From Spirochaetia bacterium (GTDB taxonomy: Bacteria; Spirochaetota; Spirochaetia; SZUA-6; Bin103): 64,000 bases of DNA. Shown here one piece after another: positions 1 to 11,522 of the stretch. Location: assembly GCA_965208575.1 (NCBI GenBank), contig CBDBOV010000002.1, forward strand, positions 672,001 through 736,000. Direction: 5' to 3'. How positions within the stretch are numbered: the first letter of the stretch is position 1; the number at the start of each line of letters is the position of its first letter. The notes beneath the pieces were generated by a model. It saw only the letters and a program-made list of their open reading frames with translations. It did not search any database and was not told where the DNA came from. Position numbers and translations under genes: made by a program.

Positions 1-1280
1 ATCGGCACGTAGGGGCGCTCGCGTTCGCCGGTGTAGATCTGCCGCGGGCGGGCGATGCGGTTCTGCGGGTCGTGGATCATCTCGGTCCAGTGCGCGATCC
101 ACCCCGGCAGGCGGCCGATGGTGAACAGGGTGGTGAACATGTTTACCGGCACGCCGAGCGCCTGCAGGATGATGCCGGAGTAGAAGTCCACGTTGGGGTA
201 CAGCTTGCGGGCGATGAAGTAGTCGTCGCGGAGGGCGATTTCCTCGAGCTGGACCGCGATGTCGAGCAGCGGGGTGGACACGCCGATCCGCTCCAGCACC
301 TCGAAGCAGGCGCGCTTGAGGATGGTGGCGCGCGGATCGAAGTTCTTGTACACGCGGTGGCCGAAACCCATCAGGCGCATGCCGGCGCGCCTGTTCTTGA
401 CCTTGTCCAGGAACTGCTGGCCGTCGTCCCCGGAAGCGTGAATCTGCTCCAGCATCTCCACCACCGCCTGGTTGGCGCCGCCGTGCAGCGGCCCCCACAG
501 CGCGTGCACGCCGGCGGAAATGGCGGAGAACAGGTTGGCCTGCGAGCTGCCCACCATGCGCACCGTGCTCGCCGAGCAGTTCTGCTCGTGGTCGGCGTGC
601 AGCAGGAAGATCAGGTCCATGGTGCGCGCCACCACCGGGTCCACCTCGTACTCCTCCGCCGGCGTCGCGAACATCATGTGCAGAAAGTTGGCGGCGTAGC
701 CGAGCCGGTTCAGCGGCGACATGAGGGGCTGGCCCATGGTGTGCTTGTAGGAGTAGGCGACGATGGTCGGCACCTTGGCGATGAGCCGGTGGATGGCGAT
801 CTCCATCTCCCGGTCGTTGGTGACCTGCATCGAGTCGGGATAGAAGGTGGACAGCGCGCCCACCACTGCCCCGGTCACCGCCATCGGGTGCGCATCGTGG
901 GGAAACCCGGTATAGAACCGCTTCACGTACTCGTGAATCATGGTGTGGTTGGTGATGTGGCCGATGAAGGTGTCGAGCTCTTCCCGAGTCGGCAGTTCGC
1001 CCTCCATCAACAGCCACGCCGCCTCCAGGAAGGTGCTGTGCTCGGCCAGGTCCTCGATCGGGACGCCGCGGTAGCGCAGGATGCCGCGTTCACCGTCGAT
1101 GAAGGTGATGGCGCTGCTGCAGGAGCCGGTGTTGCCGTAGCCGGGATCCATGGTGATGACCCCCGCCGCGTTGCGCAGCCGGCTGATGTCCACCGCCACC
1201 TCGTTCTCGGTGCCGCGGATTATCGGCAGTTCGTAGCTGGATCCGTCTATCGTGAGTTGTGCCGTTCGTGTATCACCCAT
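1..1280 (-). CDS. gltA: Citrate synthase (3' end runs off the window)
   Basis: Manual translation from ATG 1280: MGDTRTAQLTIDGSSYELPIIRGTENEVAVDISRLRNAAGVITMDPGYGNTGSCSSAITFIDGERGILRYRG; HADHEQNCS, GPLHGGAN, MGFGHRVYK and RIARPRQIY motifs. Confidence 0.96.
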   Translation of the reverse strand, partial: MGDTRTAQLTIDGSSYELPIIRGTENEVAVDISRLRNAAGVITMDPGYGNTGSCSSAITFIDGERGILRYRGVPIEDLAEHSTFLEAAWLLMEGELPTREELDTFIGHITNHTMIHEYVKRFYTGFPHDAHPMAVTGAVVGALSTFYPDSMQVTNDREMEIAIHRLIAKVPTIVAYSYKHTMGQPLMSPLNRLGYAANFLHMMFATPAEEYEVDPVVARTMDLIFLLHADHEQNCSASTVRMVGSSQANLFSAISAGVHALWGPLHGGANQAVVEMLEQIHASGDDGQQFLDKVKNRRAGMRLMGFGHRVYKNFDPRATILKRACFEVLERIGVSTPLLDIAVQLEEIALRDDYFIARKLYPNVDFYSGIILQALGVPVNMFTTLFTIGRLPGWIAHWTEMIHDPQNRIARPRQIYTGERERPYVP

Positions 1281-1347
1281 CGCCAACACTCTGTAATATA
1301 CGCCCTCCCCAACGGCCGGTCAGCACCGCTGTTCAGCAAGCAGCGGG

Positions 1348-2739
1348 TCACCCTCCAGCGGGCAGGCGCACGGTGAACGTGCTGCCGCGGCCCGGCGTGC
1401 TGCGTACCGTTACCTCGCCGGCGTGCGCCTGGGCTATGTGCTTGACGATCGCCAATCCGAGGCCGGTGCCGCCGGAGTCGCGGCTGCGTGCGGCATCGAC
1501 GCGGTAGAAGCGTTCGAAGATGCGTTGCTGGTGCTCCGGCGCGATGCCGATGCCGGTGTCGATCACCTCGATCAGCACGGCGCCGTCGCGGCGCAGGCCG
1601 CGCACCGAGACGCGGGTGTCGCGGCTGCTGTACCGGATCGCATTGTCGACCAGGTTGGTGACCGCCTGCTCGACCAGCAGGGCGTTCATGCGCACGGTCA
1701 GCCCGGCATCGCACGCCTCGTGCAGCGCCACGCCGCGTGCCTCGGCGGTGCGCCGGCACGACAGCACCGCCGCCGACATCACCGGGGCCAGGAGCGCATC
1801 CTCGAACCTGATGCCGGAGCGGTCCTCGGCACGTTCGATGTCCGCCAGCAGCAGCAGGTCGTCGATGATCGCGCTCACCCGCGCCGAGTGCTTGTGAATG
1901 ATCTCCAGGAAGTGGCGCGCTTCCGGTTCGGGGCACAGGTCGCCGTCGAGCAGGGTCTCGGCAAAGCCGCTGACCAGCGTGAACGGCGTGCGCAACTCGT
2001 GAGACACGTTGTCCACGAAGTCGCGCCGCACCTGTTCCAGGTGGCGCAGGCGGGTGACGTCGTGCAGCACCACCAGGGCGCCGCGCTCGCCGCCGGCGGC
2101 GTTGGCACGCCGGCCGTGTGCCTGCAGCCAGCGTGTTTCGGTACCGTGAATCGGGATGTCCACGTCGGCGTCCTCGCCGCGCAGCGCCTGTTGCGCCACC
2201 GCTGCCAGTCCGTACCGGTCGACTACCTGCGCCGCCCCGGCCGCCTCCCGGCCGGCGCCGGTGCGGGCGTTCCCGTCCGCTTCGCGCGCGCTTCCATGCC
2301 GTGCCTCCGCGGCCACACCGAGCATCGTCATTCCCGCGCGGTTGATGTCCAGCAAAGCTCCGTCGCCGTCGAACACCAACACCCCGTGCGGCAGGTCGCC
2401 GATTACCGCCCGCAGGCGCTGATGGGAACGTTCGAGACGCGCCATGCGCTCGCGGACCTGCGCGGCCAGTACGTCCAGCGGAGGCTCGCCAGGCGGTTCC
2501 GTCCGGGCGGCGTCGGTCAGCAGACGGGCGCCGCGCGCCGCCGGGCCGGCGTACCGGCGCCACAGCAGGCGCGCCGCAACGGCGGCCGAGCCGGCCACGA
2601 CCAGCACCCCCGCCACGGTCGCCGCGGCATGCTGCAGGGCGTGTACGGCGGCCCCCGCCGCCGCCGCCACGACCGCCAGCGCGACCGCGATGACCGCGGC
2701 TCCGGCGGGTCGAGCGGGGCTGAGAAGTGCGCGCGGCAC
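1348..2739 (-). CDS. PhoR-like sensor histidine kinase (2 TM, PAS, HisKA, HATPase)
   Basis: RRDFVDNVSHELRTP H-box, NLVDNAIRY, DTGIGI, FERFYRVD, GTGLGLAIVKH. Confidence 0.9.
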   Translation of the reverse strand: MPRALLSPARPAGAAVIAVALAVVAAAAGAAVHALQHAAATVAGVLVVAGSAAVAARLLWRRYAGPAARGARLLTDAARTEPPGEPPLDVLAAQVRERMARLERSHQRLRAVIGDLPHGVLVFDGDGALLDINRAGMTMLGVAAEARHGSAREADGNARTGAGREAAGAAQVVDRYGLAAVAQQALRGEDADVDIPIHGTETRWLQAHGRRANAAGGERGALVVLHDVTRLRHLEQVRRDFVDNVSHELRTPFTLVSGFAETLLDGDLCPEPEARHFLEIIHKHSARVSAIIDDLLLLADIERAEDRSGIRFEDALLAPVMSAAVLSCRRTAEARGVALHEACDAGLTVRMNALLVEQAVTNLVDNAIRYSSRDTRVSVRGLRRDGAVLIEVIDTGIGIAPEHQQRIFERFYRVDAARSRDSGGTGLGLAIVKHIAQAHAGEVTVRSTPGRGSTFTVRLPAGG

Positions 2740-2820
2740 GCCGGTTAGCTGATTGCAGCCGGTGGCGGCCGGCGGGACCGATCGCCGCTCGAGCGCAGTC
2801 GGTGTTTCGCCACTGGCCTG

Positions 2821-3534
2821 CTAGACGGTGGCGTCCTGGAAGCGGTAGCCGACGCCGCGCACGGTCTCGATGAGCTGGCTGCCGGCGCCCAGCTTCTTGC
2901 GCACCCCGGCGATCAGCACGTCGATGGAGCGGTCGGTCACCGGGTAGTCGGGTCCATGCACCGCGGCGACGAGCTGGTTGCGCGTAAACACCCAGCCGGC
3001 GTGGCTGGCCAGGAACTGCAGCACCGAGAACTCGGTGGCGGTCAGGCGCACCGCCCGTCCGCTGACCTTGACCTCGCGCCGGCCCGGATGGATGGTCAGC
3101 GCGCCCACGGTCAGCGGCGCCTGCCGGTCGTGCACCTCCGTGCCGTGCCGGCGCAGTACCGCCTTGATGCGCGCTATGAGCACGCGCGGGCTGAACGGCT
3201 TGGTGACGTAGTCCTCGGCGCCCTGTTCCAGGCCGGCGATGATGTCGGCCTCCTCACCCTTGGCGGTGACCATCACGATCGGCACGCCGCGGGTCAGCAC
3301 GTTGGATTTCAGGATCTGGCACAGCGCCAGCCCGTCCATGCCCGGCAGCATGAGATCGACCAGGATCAGCAGCGGCGTGCGGTCCGCCACCAGCCGCAGC
3401 GCCTCCTCCGCGGAGCGGGCGGCGGCGGTCACGAATCCCTCCCGCCCGCAGTTGAAGCGGATCAGCTCCATGATGTCGGCGTCATCCTCGACGACCAGGA
3501 TGTGATCGGGCTTGGGCATGTCTGCCGAGATCAA
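2821..3534 (-). CDS. OmpR/PhoB-family response regulator
   Basis: ILVVEDD, DLMLPGMDG, DYVTKPFS, winged-helix tail IETVRGVGYRF; adjacent to the kinase. Confidence 0.92.
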   Translation of the reverse strand: MISADMPKPDHILVVEDDADIMELIRFNCGREGFVTAAARSAEEALRLVADRTPLLILVDLMLPGMDGLALCQILKSNVLTRGVPIVMVTAKGEEADIIAGLEQGAEDYVTKPFSPRVLIARIKAVLRRHGTEVHDRQAPLTVGALTIHPGRREVKVSGRAVRLTATEFSVLQFLASHAGWVFTRNQLVAAVHGPDYPVTDRSIDVLIAGVRKKLGAGSQLIETVRGVGYRFQDATV

Positions 3535-3558
3535 TCCATCCGGGCGCCGGGTCCGCCG

Positions 3559-4764
3559 TCAGGGCGCATGTGTCGCCGGCAGCCGGGATCCCTTCCATTC
3601 GGCGCGCACGCCGGCTATGGCGAGTGCCGTGATGTACGCGTAGAACCCCATGAAGAACAGGGTATACGGTACCACCCGGGCCAGGGCGCGGCGCCGGCGC
3701 GGGTGGTACAGCGCCGCGGCCAGGGCAGCCAGCGTGCCGATGCTCACCAGCGAGGTAAGCGGCCACACCGCCAGCCACGGCACCAGCAGCGCGAACGGAG
3801 CGGCCGCCACGCTGAGGATCAGGAACAGGGTGACGTAGCGGTAGCCCCAGGCCGCGGCAGGGTCGTTGCTGTAAAAGGCGCCGCCGTTCCAGCGCACGTG
3901 CTGATTGATGAACGCGCGCCAGTCGGGCTGCGGCTCGGTGGTGACCATCGTCTCGGCAAGCGTGGAGGCGCGCACCTTCCAGCCGGCGCGGCTGGCGGCG
4001 CCGATCAGCGCGGCATCTTCGGTAATGGTGTAACCGAGCGAGCGGAATCCGCCGATCCCGGCCAGCACGGGCGCGCGCAGCGCCAGGTTGTTGCCGAAGC
4101 AGCCGGTCGGCTGGCCCAGCCCGGCGGTGCCGGTCGAGTACTGGTGCACCAGCGGCTGGTCGAACGCCTGGTAGCGGTCGGTAAAGCGGTTCCCGCCGCT
4201 GCCGCTGTCGTCGGGAGGCTGCACTGCCAGTTGGCCGAACACCACGCCGGTCCGGCCGCCGGCGTCGGCGGTGAAATAGGCGGTGAGCCGTTCCACCCAG
4301 GTCGCCGGCACCGTGCAGTCGGCATCGGTGAACAGCAGCAGTTCACCGGCTGCCGCGGCCACGCCGAGGTCCAGCGCCTGCTGCTTGCCGGTGCAGCCCT
4401 CCGGCGGCCGCCGGTTGCGCACCACCCGTACCGGGTAGGGTGCCGCGGCGCGGTGGCGTTCCATGATGGCGGCGGTGGCGTCGGTCGACCGGTCGTCGAC
4501 CAGGACCAGCTCGAAGGCGCTGGTGGTCTGCGCCGCCAGCGAGCCGAGCAGCCGCGGCAATGCCTGTTCCTCGTTCATGGCGGCCACCACCACCGATACC
4601 GGCGGAGCAGTCCGCCTTCCGATGGGGCGCCGCCGCCGCCGTGCTTCGTCGCGGCGGTCGCGCAGGCGCGCCGCCAGCACGCCGGCGGCCAGGGTGCCGT
4701 GGGTAAGCAGCATGGAGGCGCACAGCGCGAGCACGGCCCACTGCAGCGCGCCGGCCACGGTCAT
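3559..4764 (-). CDS. GT2-family membrane glycosyltransferase
   Basis: VDDRSTD, FTDADC, TED and QHVRW (D,D,D,QxxRW) motifs; terminal TM helices. Confidence 0.88.
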   Translation of the reverse strand: MTVAGALQWAVLALCASMLLTHGTLAAGVLAARLRDRRDEARRRRRPIGRRTAPPVSVVVAAMNEEQALPRLLGSLAAQTTSAFELVLVDDRSTDATAAIMERHRAAAPYPVRVVRNRRPPEGCTGKQQALDLGVAAAAGELLLFTDADCTVPATWVERLTAYFTADAGGRTGVVFGQLAVQPPDDSGSGGNRFTDRYQAFDQPLVHQYSTGTAGLGQPTGCFGNNLALRAPVLAGIGGFRSLGYTITEDAALIGAASRAGWKVRASTLAETMVTTEPQPDWRAFINQHVRWNGGAFYSNDPAAAWGYRYVTLFLILSVAAAPFALLVPWLAVWPLTSLVSIGTLAALAAALYHPRRRRALARVVPYTLFFMGFYAYITALAIAGVRAEWKGSRLPATHAP

Positions 4765-6641
4765 GGCAGGGCGCGCTCCAGCGACCGGTTCAGGCGCGAT
4801 GCAAACGCCACCGGATCGGCGAGTTGTGCGCCTTCGATCAGCAGCGCCTGTTCCAGCAGCAGGTGGCTGGTATCCGCCACCACCTCGTCCTCGCCCCGCT
4901 TCAGCAGCGCATCGAGCTTGGCCACGATCGGGTGGGTCGGGTTGACCTCCAGGACCGGCTGAAACTTCTCCGCCTCCTGCCCGAGTGCGCGCAGCACCCC
5001 CTGCATCGACACCGTCGGGTCGTTGGCATCCGCCACGATGCAGCTCGGCGAGTCGGTCAGCCGGGCGCTCGCCTTCACTTCTTTCACGGCGTCGCCGAGC
5101 ACCTCGGCAATCCGCTTCAGGAGCGGGTCCAGCTCCTTCTCCTGCTGCTCGCTGTCGGCGGTCTTCAGGTCGTCGGCCGTGTCGCTGCGGTTCACGGACT
5201 TCAACTCATGATCCTCGAACGTGCCGATGGTCGGGATCACGAACCCGTCGATCTCGTCATCCATCAGCAGCACTTCGATCTGCTGCGCGCGGTACACCTC
5301 CAGCAGCGGCGAGTGGCGCAGGTTGGCGCCGCGCTCCCCGGTGATGAAGTAGATCGCCTTCTGATCCTCGCCCATCCGCTCCACGTACTCCTTCAGGCTG
5401 GTCAGGCCGTCGTGGGCGGTGGTGCGAAATCGCACCAGCTCCAGCAGCGCGTCGCGGTTGGCGAAGTCCTGGTACAGGCCCTCCTTGAGCGGGCGCCCGA
5501 ACTCCGTGATGAAGGTGTCGTAGAGTTCGGGGTTGTTGGTCAGGTCGCGGAACTCGGACAGCAGTTTCTTGACCGATGCGTGGCGGATGCTGGTCAGGAG
5601 GCGGTTCTGCTGCAGAATCTCGCGGCTCACGTTGAGCGGCAGGTCCTCGGAGTCGATTACGCCGCGTACGAAGCGCAGGTAGGCAGGCAGCAACTCCTTG
5701 TTGTCGTCGGTGATGAACACCCGCTTCACGTACAGCTTCACGCCGGGCTGGTAGTCGGCGTAGTACAGGTCGGGCGGCGCCTTCCTGGGGATGAAGAACA
5801 GGGTGGTGTACTCCTGGGTGCCCTCGGCGCGGGTGTGCACGTAGTGCAGCGGGTCTTCCTGGTCGTAGCTCAGGCCGCGGTAGAACTCGAAGTAGTCCTC
5901 GTCGGCCAGCTCCGACTTGGGGCGCTGCCAGAGCGCGCTGGCGGCGTTGATCTGCTCGCTATGCTGTTCTTCCTTCTTGTCGCGCGTCTCGGTGTAGTGC
6001 AGGTGGATCGGGTAGGGGATGTGGTTGGAGTACTTCTTGATCACCTCTTCGATCTGCCAGCGCGCGGCGAACTCGGCGCCTTCCTCGTTCAGGTGCAGGG
6101 TCACGGTGGTGCCGGCGCCGGTGCGCTCCGCCGGGGAGATTTCGAACGAGCCGCGCCCGTTGCTCACCCAGCGCTGCGCCTGCTCCTCGCCGGCGCTCAG
6201 GCTGAGCACCTCGACGCGGTCGGCCACCATGAAGCTGGAGTAGAAGCCGACGCCGAACTGGCCGATCAGGTTGGCGTCGCCGGGGTGGCCCTCCTTGGCA
6301 TCCTTGGCCTTCGCCTGCATGGCGTCCAGGAACCGCCTGGTGCCGGAGCGGGCGATGGTGCCCAGGTTGTCGCGCAGTTCGTCGGCGTTCATGCCGATGC
6401 CGCTGTCCGCCACCGTCAGCGTCTTCGGTTTGCTCTCGGAATCGAACGAGATGTCGACCCGCGGCGTAAACGGCACCCCCTTGAAGTCCTCGTCGGTCAG
6501 GGTCAGGTAACGCAGCTTGTCCAGCGCGTCCGAGGCGTTGGACACCAGTTCGCGCAGGAAGATCTCCTTGTGCGAGTACAGCGAGTGGATGATGAGGTCG
6601 AGCAGTTGGCTGACCTCGGTCTTGAATCGGTGCTTGGCCAT
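4761..6641 (-). CDS. htpG: Chaperone HtpG (Hsp90)
   Basis: [43 protein letters not shown]. Confidence 0.98.
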
Positions 6642-6708
6642 TCGTTCCGTCTCGTCCTTAGTTCATGGATTCAGTGGGTCGTGCCGCCGGCTCGGCGCGG
6701 CGCCGCGG

Positions 6709-7773
<1,065 letters not shown>

Positions 7774-7923
7774 GAGGCTGTACGGTCACTCCGTGACATA
7801 GAAGACGATGAATACCGATGCCGAAGCATCGGCCGCCGGCCGGCTTTTTCGGACCAGGCGCACCCTGAAAGTACGAAGCCACCCTCCCCCCGGTCAAACC
7901 GGCGTACCGGTACTTGAGCGCTT

Positions 7924-7957
7924 GTAACCCGTTACGTGACATGTTACGCTACGTTAC
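7924..7957 (+). promoter_or_regulatory. Putative HigA operator region
   Basis: GTAAC-CC-GTTAC (7924-7935), GTGAC-AT-GTTAC (7936-7947) and a further GTTAC half-site just before the higB start. Confidence 0.5.
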
Positions 7958-7960
7958 GAG

Positions 7961-8239
7961 GTGATCAAGGGCTTCAAGCACAAGGGGCTGCAACGGTTCT
8001 TCGAGACTGGGAGCAAGCGGGGCATCCAGCCCAAGCATGCAAACCAACTCAGGGACATTCTGGCATCTCTGGATTCCGCCAAGTCTCCGCGAGACATGGG
8101 GGCTCCCAGCTTTCGTTTGCATCTATTGGAACCTCGCGACGCGTCCATCTGGTCGGTGTATGTTGCCAAGAATTGGAGTGTTGACTTCCGCTTCGTTGGC
8201 GAACATGTCGAATCAGTCGACTACGTTGATCACCATTAG
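7961..8239 (+). CDS. higB: HigB-like (RelE/ParE superfamily) toxin
   Basis: MIKGFKHKGLQRFFETG...FRLHLL...WSVYVAKNW...VDYVDHH; toxin-first gene order. Confidence 0.88.
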   Translation: MIKGFKHKGLQRFFETGSKRGIQPKHANQLRDILASLDSAKSPRDMGAPSFRLHLLEPRDASIWSVYVAKNWSVDFRFVGEHVESVDYVDHH

Positions 8240-8245
8240 GGGGTA

Positions 8246-8539
8246 GTGATGAGAATGCATGATCCTCCCCATCCGGGCGGCGTCTTGCGAAGACAGTGGA
8301 TCGAGCCATTGGGTGTTTCCATTACCCAGGCAGCCAAGCGTCTCGGTGTATCCCGCAAGGCGCTCTCCGAACTTGTCAACGAACATACCGGGATCAGTCC
8401 CGAGATGGCGGTGAGGCTCTCCATTGCCTTGGATACCAGTTCCGAGCTGTGGATGAACATGCAGGCCAGCTATGACTTGTGGCATGCCGAGCAGCGTCGG
8501 GACGATCTCACCGTTGCATCTCTGGTTGCGGCGCAGTGA
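8246..8539 (+). CDS. higA: HigA antitoxin (XRE HTH)
   Basis: [11 protein letters not shown]...[17 protein letters not shown]...ISPEMAVRL...[11 protein letters not shown]. Confidence 0.92.
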   Translation: MMRMHDPPHPGGVLRRQWIEPLGVSITQAAKRLGVSRKALSELVNEHTGISPEMAVRLSIALDTSSELWMNMQASYDLWHAEQRRDDLTVASLVAAQ

Positions 8540-8941
8540 GCGTCTGACAGTGCCGCCGGTGGCTGCCGGTCTTGCGGGCGGTGCTGCTGCAGAATCCCGG
8601 TGCGCCTGCTCCACGCTTGGGAGGGACGGGGAGGGGCGGAGAAGGACTGTCGTGGGTAGCTGCCGGCCTATATACTTCGCGCTGTGTCCGGGTCCGTGTC
8701 GGTCCAATCGCTCGTACCCCAGTCGCTGCGCGATCTGACTGATCCATCACGCGATCTTCCGCGGTTGGCAAGTTGACGCTGCGCGGCCTGCGGAACGTCC
8801 TGGTCAAGGTCGATTTCGGCTTGGGCCCTGCAATCCAGGCACGCTCGCAACCGTTCGAGGCGTTCTTCGACACTTTGATCGAGCAGGTCTCGGTCAGAAA
8901 CCCCAACGCGGTCAGGACTGACTGATCGCCGTGGTCTGCGT

Positions 8942-9469
8942 CTATGCCTTCTCGGCATGGTGGCGGAGGGAGGGGAGGAGGGCTTGCAGGTAGCGGGCGA
9001 CGTCCCGGTGTTCGGCGAGCAGGCGGGCGACGGCGGCGTCGATGGCGGTGCGCAGGGACGGCGGCGTGGCGGCGGGGATTTCGTGGCGGTCGAGGATGCG
9101 GGGGGCGGCGTGGGGGGCGAACAGGATGTCCACCCACAGGTCGCGCCAGTCGAAACGGTGCGCGGCCAGCGATACCTGGTCGCAGATGTTGAAGTAGAGG
9201 GCGCGCGGCGCGGACAGGTCGGGCGCCATCCAGGCGTACAGGTTGTACGGGCGGTGCTCCCAGAACAGGCCGAAGGTCACGGTGCCGCGCGGCAGGTAGA
9301 TGCCGTCGACGGCGTAGGCGCGGTCGCTGACGAAGTGCAGCACGCCGTGGCCGGGGCGCAGCAGCAGCACGCGGGAGCGGAACCGGTTGCGTCGCCCGTC
9401 GGGATAGCGCTTCTCTTCGTGGCACCAGCGCGGGTAGCGGCGGACGTTGCGATCGGCGTGACGGTTCAT
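8942..9469 (-). CDS. DUF402-like domain protein
   Basis: FWEHRPYNLY...YFNIC...WRDLWVDI...ILDRHE pattern. Confidence 0.65.
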   Translation of the reverse strand: MNRHADRNVRRYPRWCHEEKRYPDGRRNRFRSRVLLLRPGHGVLHFVSDRAYAVDGIYLPRGTVTFGLFWEHRPYNLYAWMAPDLSAPRALYFNICDQVSLAAHRFDWRDLWVDILFAPHAAPRILDRHEIPAATPPSLRTAIDAAVARLLAEHRDVARYLQALLPSLRHHAEKA

Positions 9470-9602
9470 GCGGCCTCCTTCTGCGCGGCGCCGCCGCGCG
9501 CACCGCGGCGGGCTGCGGCGCTGCCGGATGCGCCGGCGCTCGGTACCGGCACGGCTGGAACGCGGCTCACGGCCAGCCCTGCACCTCGCATGCCGCGGCC
9601 GG

Positions 9603-9953
9603 TCATGGGCGCCATTGGTAGGCGGCGATGTCGAGGCGCCCGTCGGGGTCGACGACCACCCCTTCGGCGAGCAGCAGGGAGCGCTGCCGCTCCAGCCCGC
9701 CGCCCTCCGGCAGACGGATCGCGCCGCCGGCCCCGATCACGCGGTGCCAGGGCAGTCCGCTGTCGGCGTAGGCACGCAGCGCCCAGGCCACCTGCCGCGC
9801 CGCGCGCCGGTTGCCCGCCTGCGCCGCCACCTGGCCGTAGGTCGCCACTCGCCCCGGCGGGATCGCCGCCACCACCGCCGCGATGCGCCGCAGCAGGCCG
9901 GCGGAGTCAGGAGTGCTCGTCGTCGGGGCGTCCGACCGCGGAGGCTCGGCCAC
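9603..9953 (-). CDS. Alkyltransferase-like (ATL/MGMT-family) DNA repair protein; start uncertain
   Basis: IPPGRVATYGQVA, ARQVAWAL, PWHRV (Trp replaces catalytic Cys), QRSLLLAEGV. Confidence 0.85.
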   Translation of the reverse strand: MAEPPRSDAPTTSTPDSAGLLRRIAAVVAAIPPGRVATYGQVAAQAGNRRAARQVAWALRAYADSGLPWHRVIGAGGAIRLPEGGGLERQRSLLLAEGVVVDPDGRLDIAAYQWRP

Positions 9954-10418
9954 TCCGGGAGGTGGTTCGTCAAGCTCCCGCGGCGCCGCCAACGGGGAGG
10001 ACCTTCTCCCGATCGCGTCCGCGTCGTCCAGATCGTGGCGCGGCTTCGTGGCATGGCCAGTCCACGGTGTAGCATGTTCCTGACCGACGCCCGCAGACGG
10101 GCCGCCGGTCTCCAACAGACGTGTCATGGGGAGCGCTCCCGGGCACGGCACAGGCGAGAGGTCCCGGTGCGGGTACCGCCACGGTCGCGGCTCGGTTCGG
10201 CGGCAGGGCCGGTGAGCGACGCCAGACGCCGACCACTGCTACCCGAGCGGAGGTCGCCGGGCTCCCGGAGCGGCGTCACTGCCGGCTCTCCCAGGCACGG
10301 AGCCCGGCTCGCCCGCGGCGAAACACCGGCCTTCGAGGAGCGCTCTCGGTGCGAAGCCTGTATTCGCGACGGACCGGCCGTGCGCCGGAGGGGGCGCCGC
10401 CGCACGGTGGCAGCGCGG

Positions 10419-11465
10419 TCATCGGAAGGCCGGCCAGCGCAGGGCGCCGCGAAAGGCGACGCGTTCGCCCGGCGCGTCGGCGGCCACGATCCGGCCCACC
10501 GGGTAGCAGGCCACGCCGGCGGCGCCCGCTGCCGAGCGCACCTCGCCCTCGCTGCCGGCGGCGGCCACGGCAAGCATGCCGGCGCCGCAGTTGAACACGC
10601 GCAGCATCTCGGTGTCGGGCAACGACCCGGCGGCGCGCAGCGCGGCGAAGATCTCCGGCACCACGAGGCGCGACAGGTCGATCTCCGCGGCGGTGCCGGG
10701 CGGCAGCACGCGGCTGAGGTTCGCGGCGATGCCGCCGCCGGTAATGTGCGCGAGGCCGTGCAGGTTGTCGCCGGCCAGGCAGGGGCGCAGCGCCGGCAGG
10801 TAGCAGCGGTGCGGGACCAGCAGCGCGTCGAGCACGGAACTCCTGCCCAGCGTCCGCCCGGCAAGGGACGGGTCCGCGTCCAGCAGCCGGCGTATCAGCG
10901 AGTAGCCGTTGGTGTGCACGCCGCTCGAGGCCAGCGCCAGCACCGTGTCGCCGGCACCGATCCGGCTGCCGTCGATCACCTTCGCGTACTCCACCACGCC
11001 CAGCACGCTCGCGGCCAGCACGTAGGTGCCCGCCTCCAGCACGCCCGGCTGCTCGGAGGTCTCGCCGCCGGTCAGGCTGCACTCCTGCGCCCGGCACGCC
11101 TCGGCCAGCCCGGCCACCAGCGCGGCGACCGCCTCGGGCTGCAGCGAACCGCAGATGATCGCGTCCTGCACCGCGACCGGCGCCGCGCCCATCACCACGA
11201 TGTCGTTGACCAGGTGGTTGACGAGGTCGAAGCACAGCGACCGGTAGGCTCCGTGCGCCACGGCCAGCTTCTGCTTGGTGCCCGGTTCCTCGGTCTTGAA
11301 CACGATCACCGGGTGCCGGTACTCGGGAAACGTCGCATCGATCAGGGTGGCGAACGGACCGACCCCGTTCAGGATGCGCGGATCGCGCGGCTCCAGCAGC
11401 CGCGCCATGTTGCGCTTGGCGGCGTCCGCGGCGGCAATGTCCACCCCCGCCGCGGCGTAGCTCAT
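10419..11465 (-). CDS. purM: Phosphoribosylformylglycinamidine cyclo-ligase (AIR synthase)
   Basis: MSYAAAGVDI, GGETSEQP, SSGVHTNGYSL, AHITGGG, RVFNCG. Confidence 0.95.
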   Translation of the reverse strand: MSYAAAGVDIAAADAAKRNMARLLEPRDPRILNGVGPFATLIDATFPEYRHPVIVFKTEEPGTKQKLAVAHGAYRSLCFDLVNHLVNDIVVMGAAPVAVQDAIICGSLQPEAVAALVAGLAEACRAQECSLTGGETSEQPGVLEAGTYVLAASVLGVVEYAKVIDGSRIGAGDTVLALASSGVHTNGYSLIRRLLDADPSLAGRTLGRSSVLDALLVPHRCYLPALRPCLAGDNLHGLAHITGGGIAANLSRVLPPGTAAEIDLSRLVVPEIFAALRAAGSLPDTEMLRVFNCGAGMLAVAAAGSEGEVRSAAGAAGVACYPVGRIVAADAPGERVAFRGALRWPAFR

Positions 11466-11522
11466 GCCTGCGCTGGCGCTTCCGGCGGTTCCGGCGAACC
11501 CGGCGGACGATTCGCTCAGCGC

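Noticed and set aside
7860-7900. T-box riboswitch upstream of trpS
   Set aside because: GGGTGG is followed by CTTCG rather than NACC, and there is too little room for stem I before the divergent higBA promoter.
8743-8925. Start-less 60-codon plus-strand frame with coding-like codons downstream of higA
   Set aside because: Possibly a gene remnant, but it has no start codon or recognisable motif.
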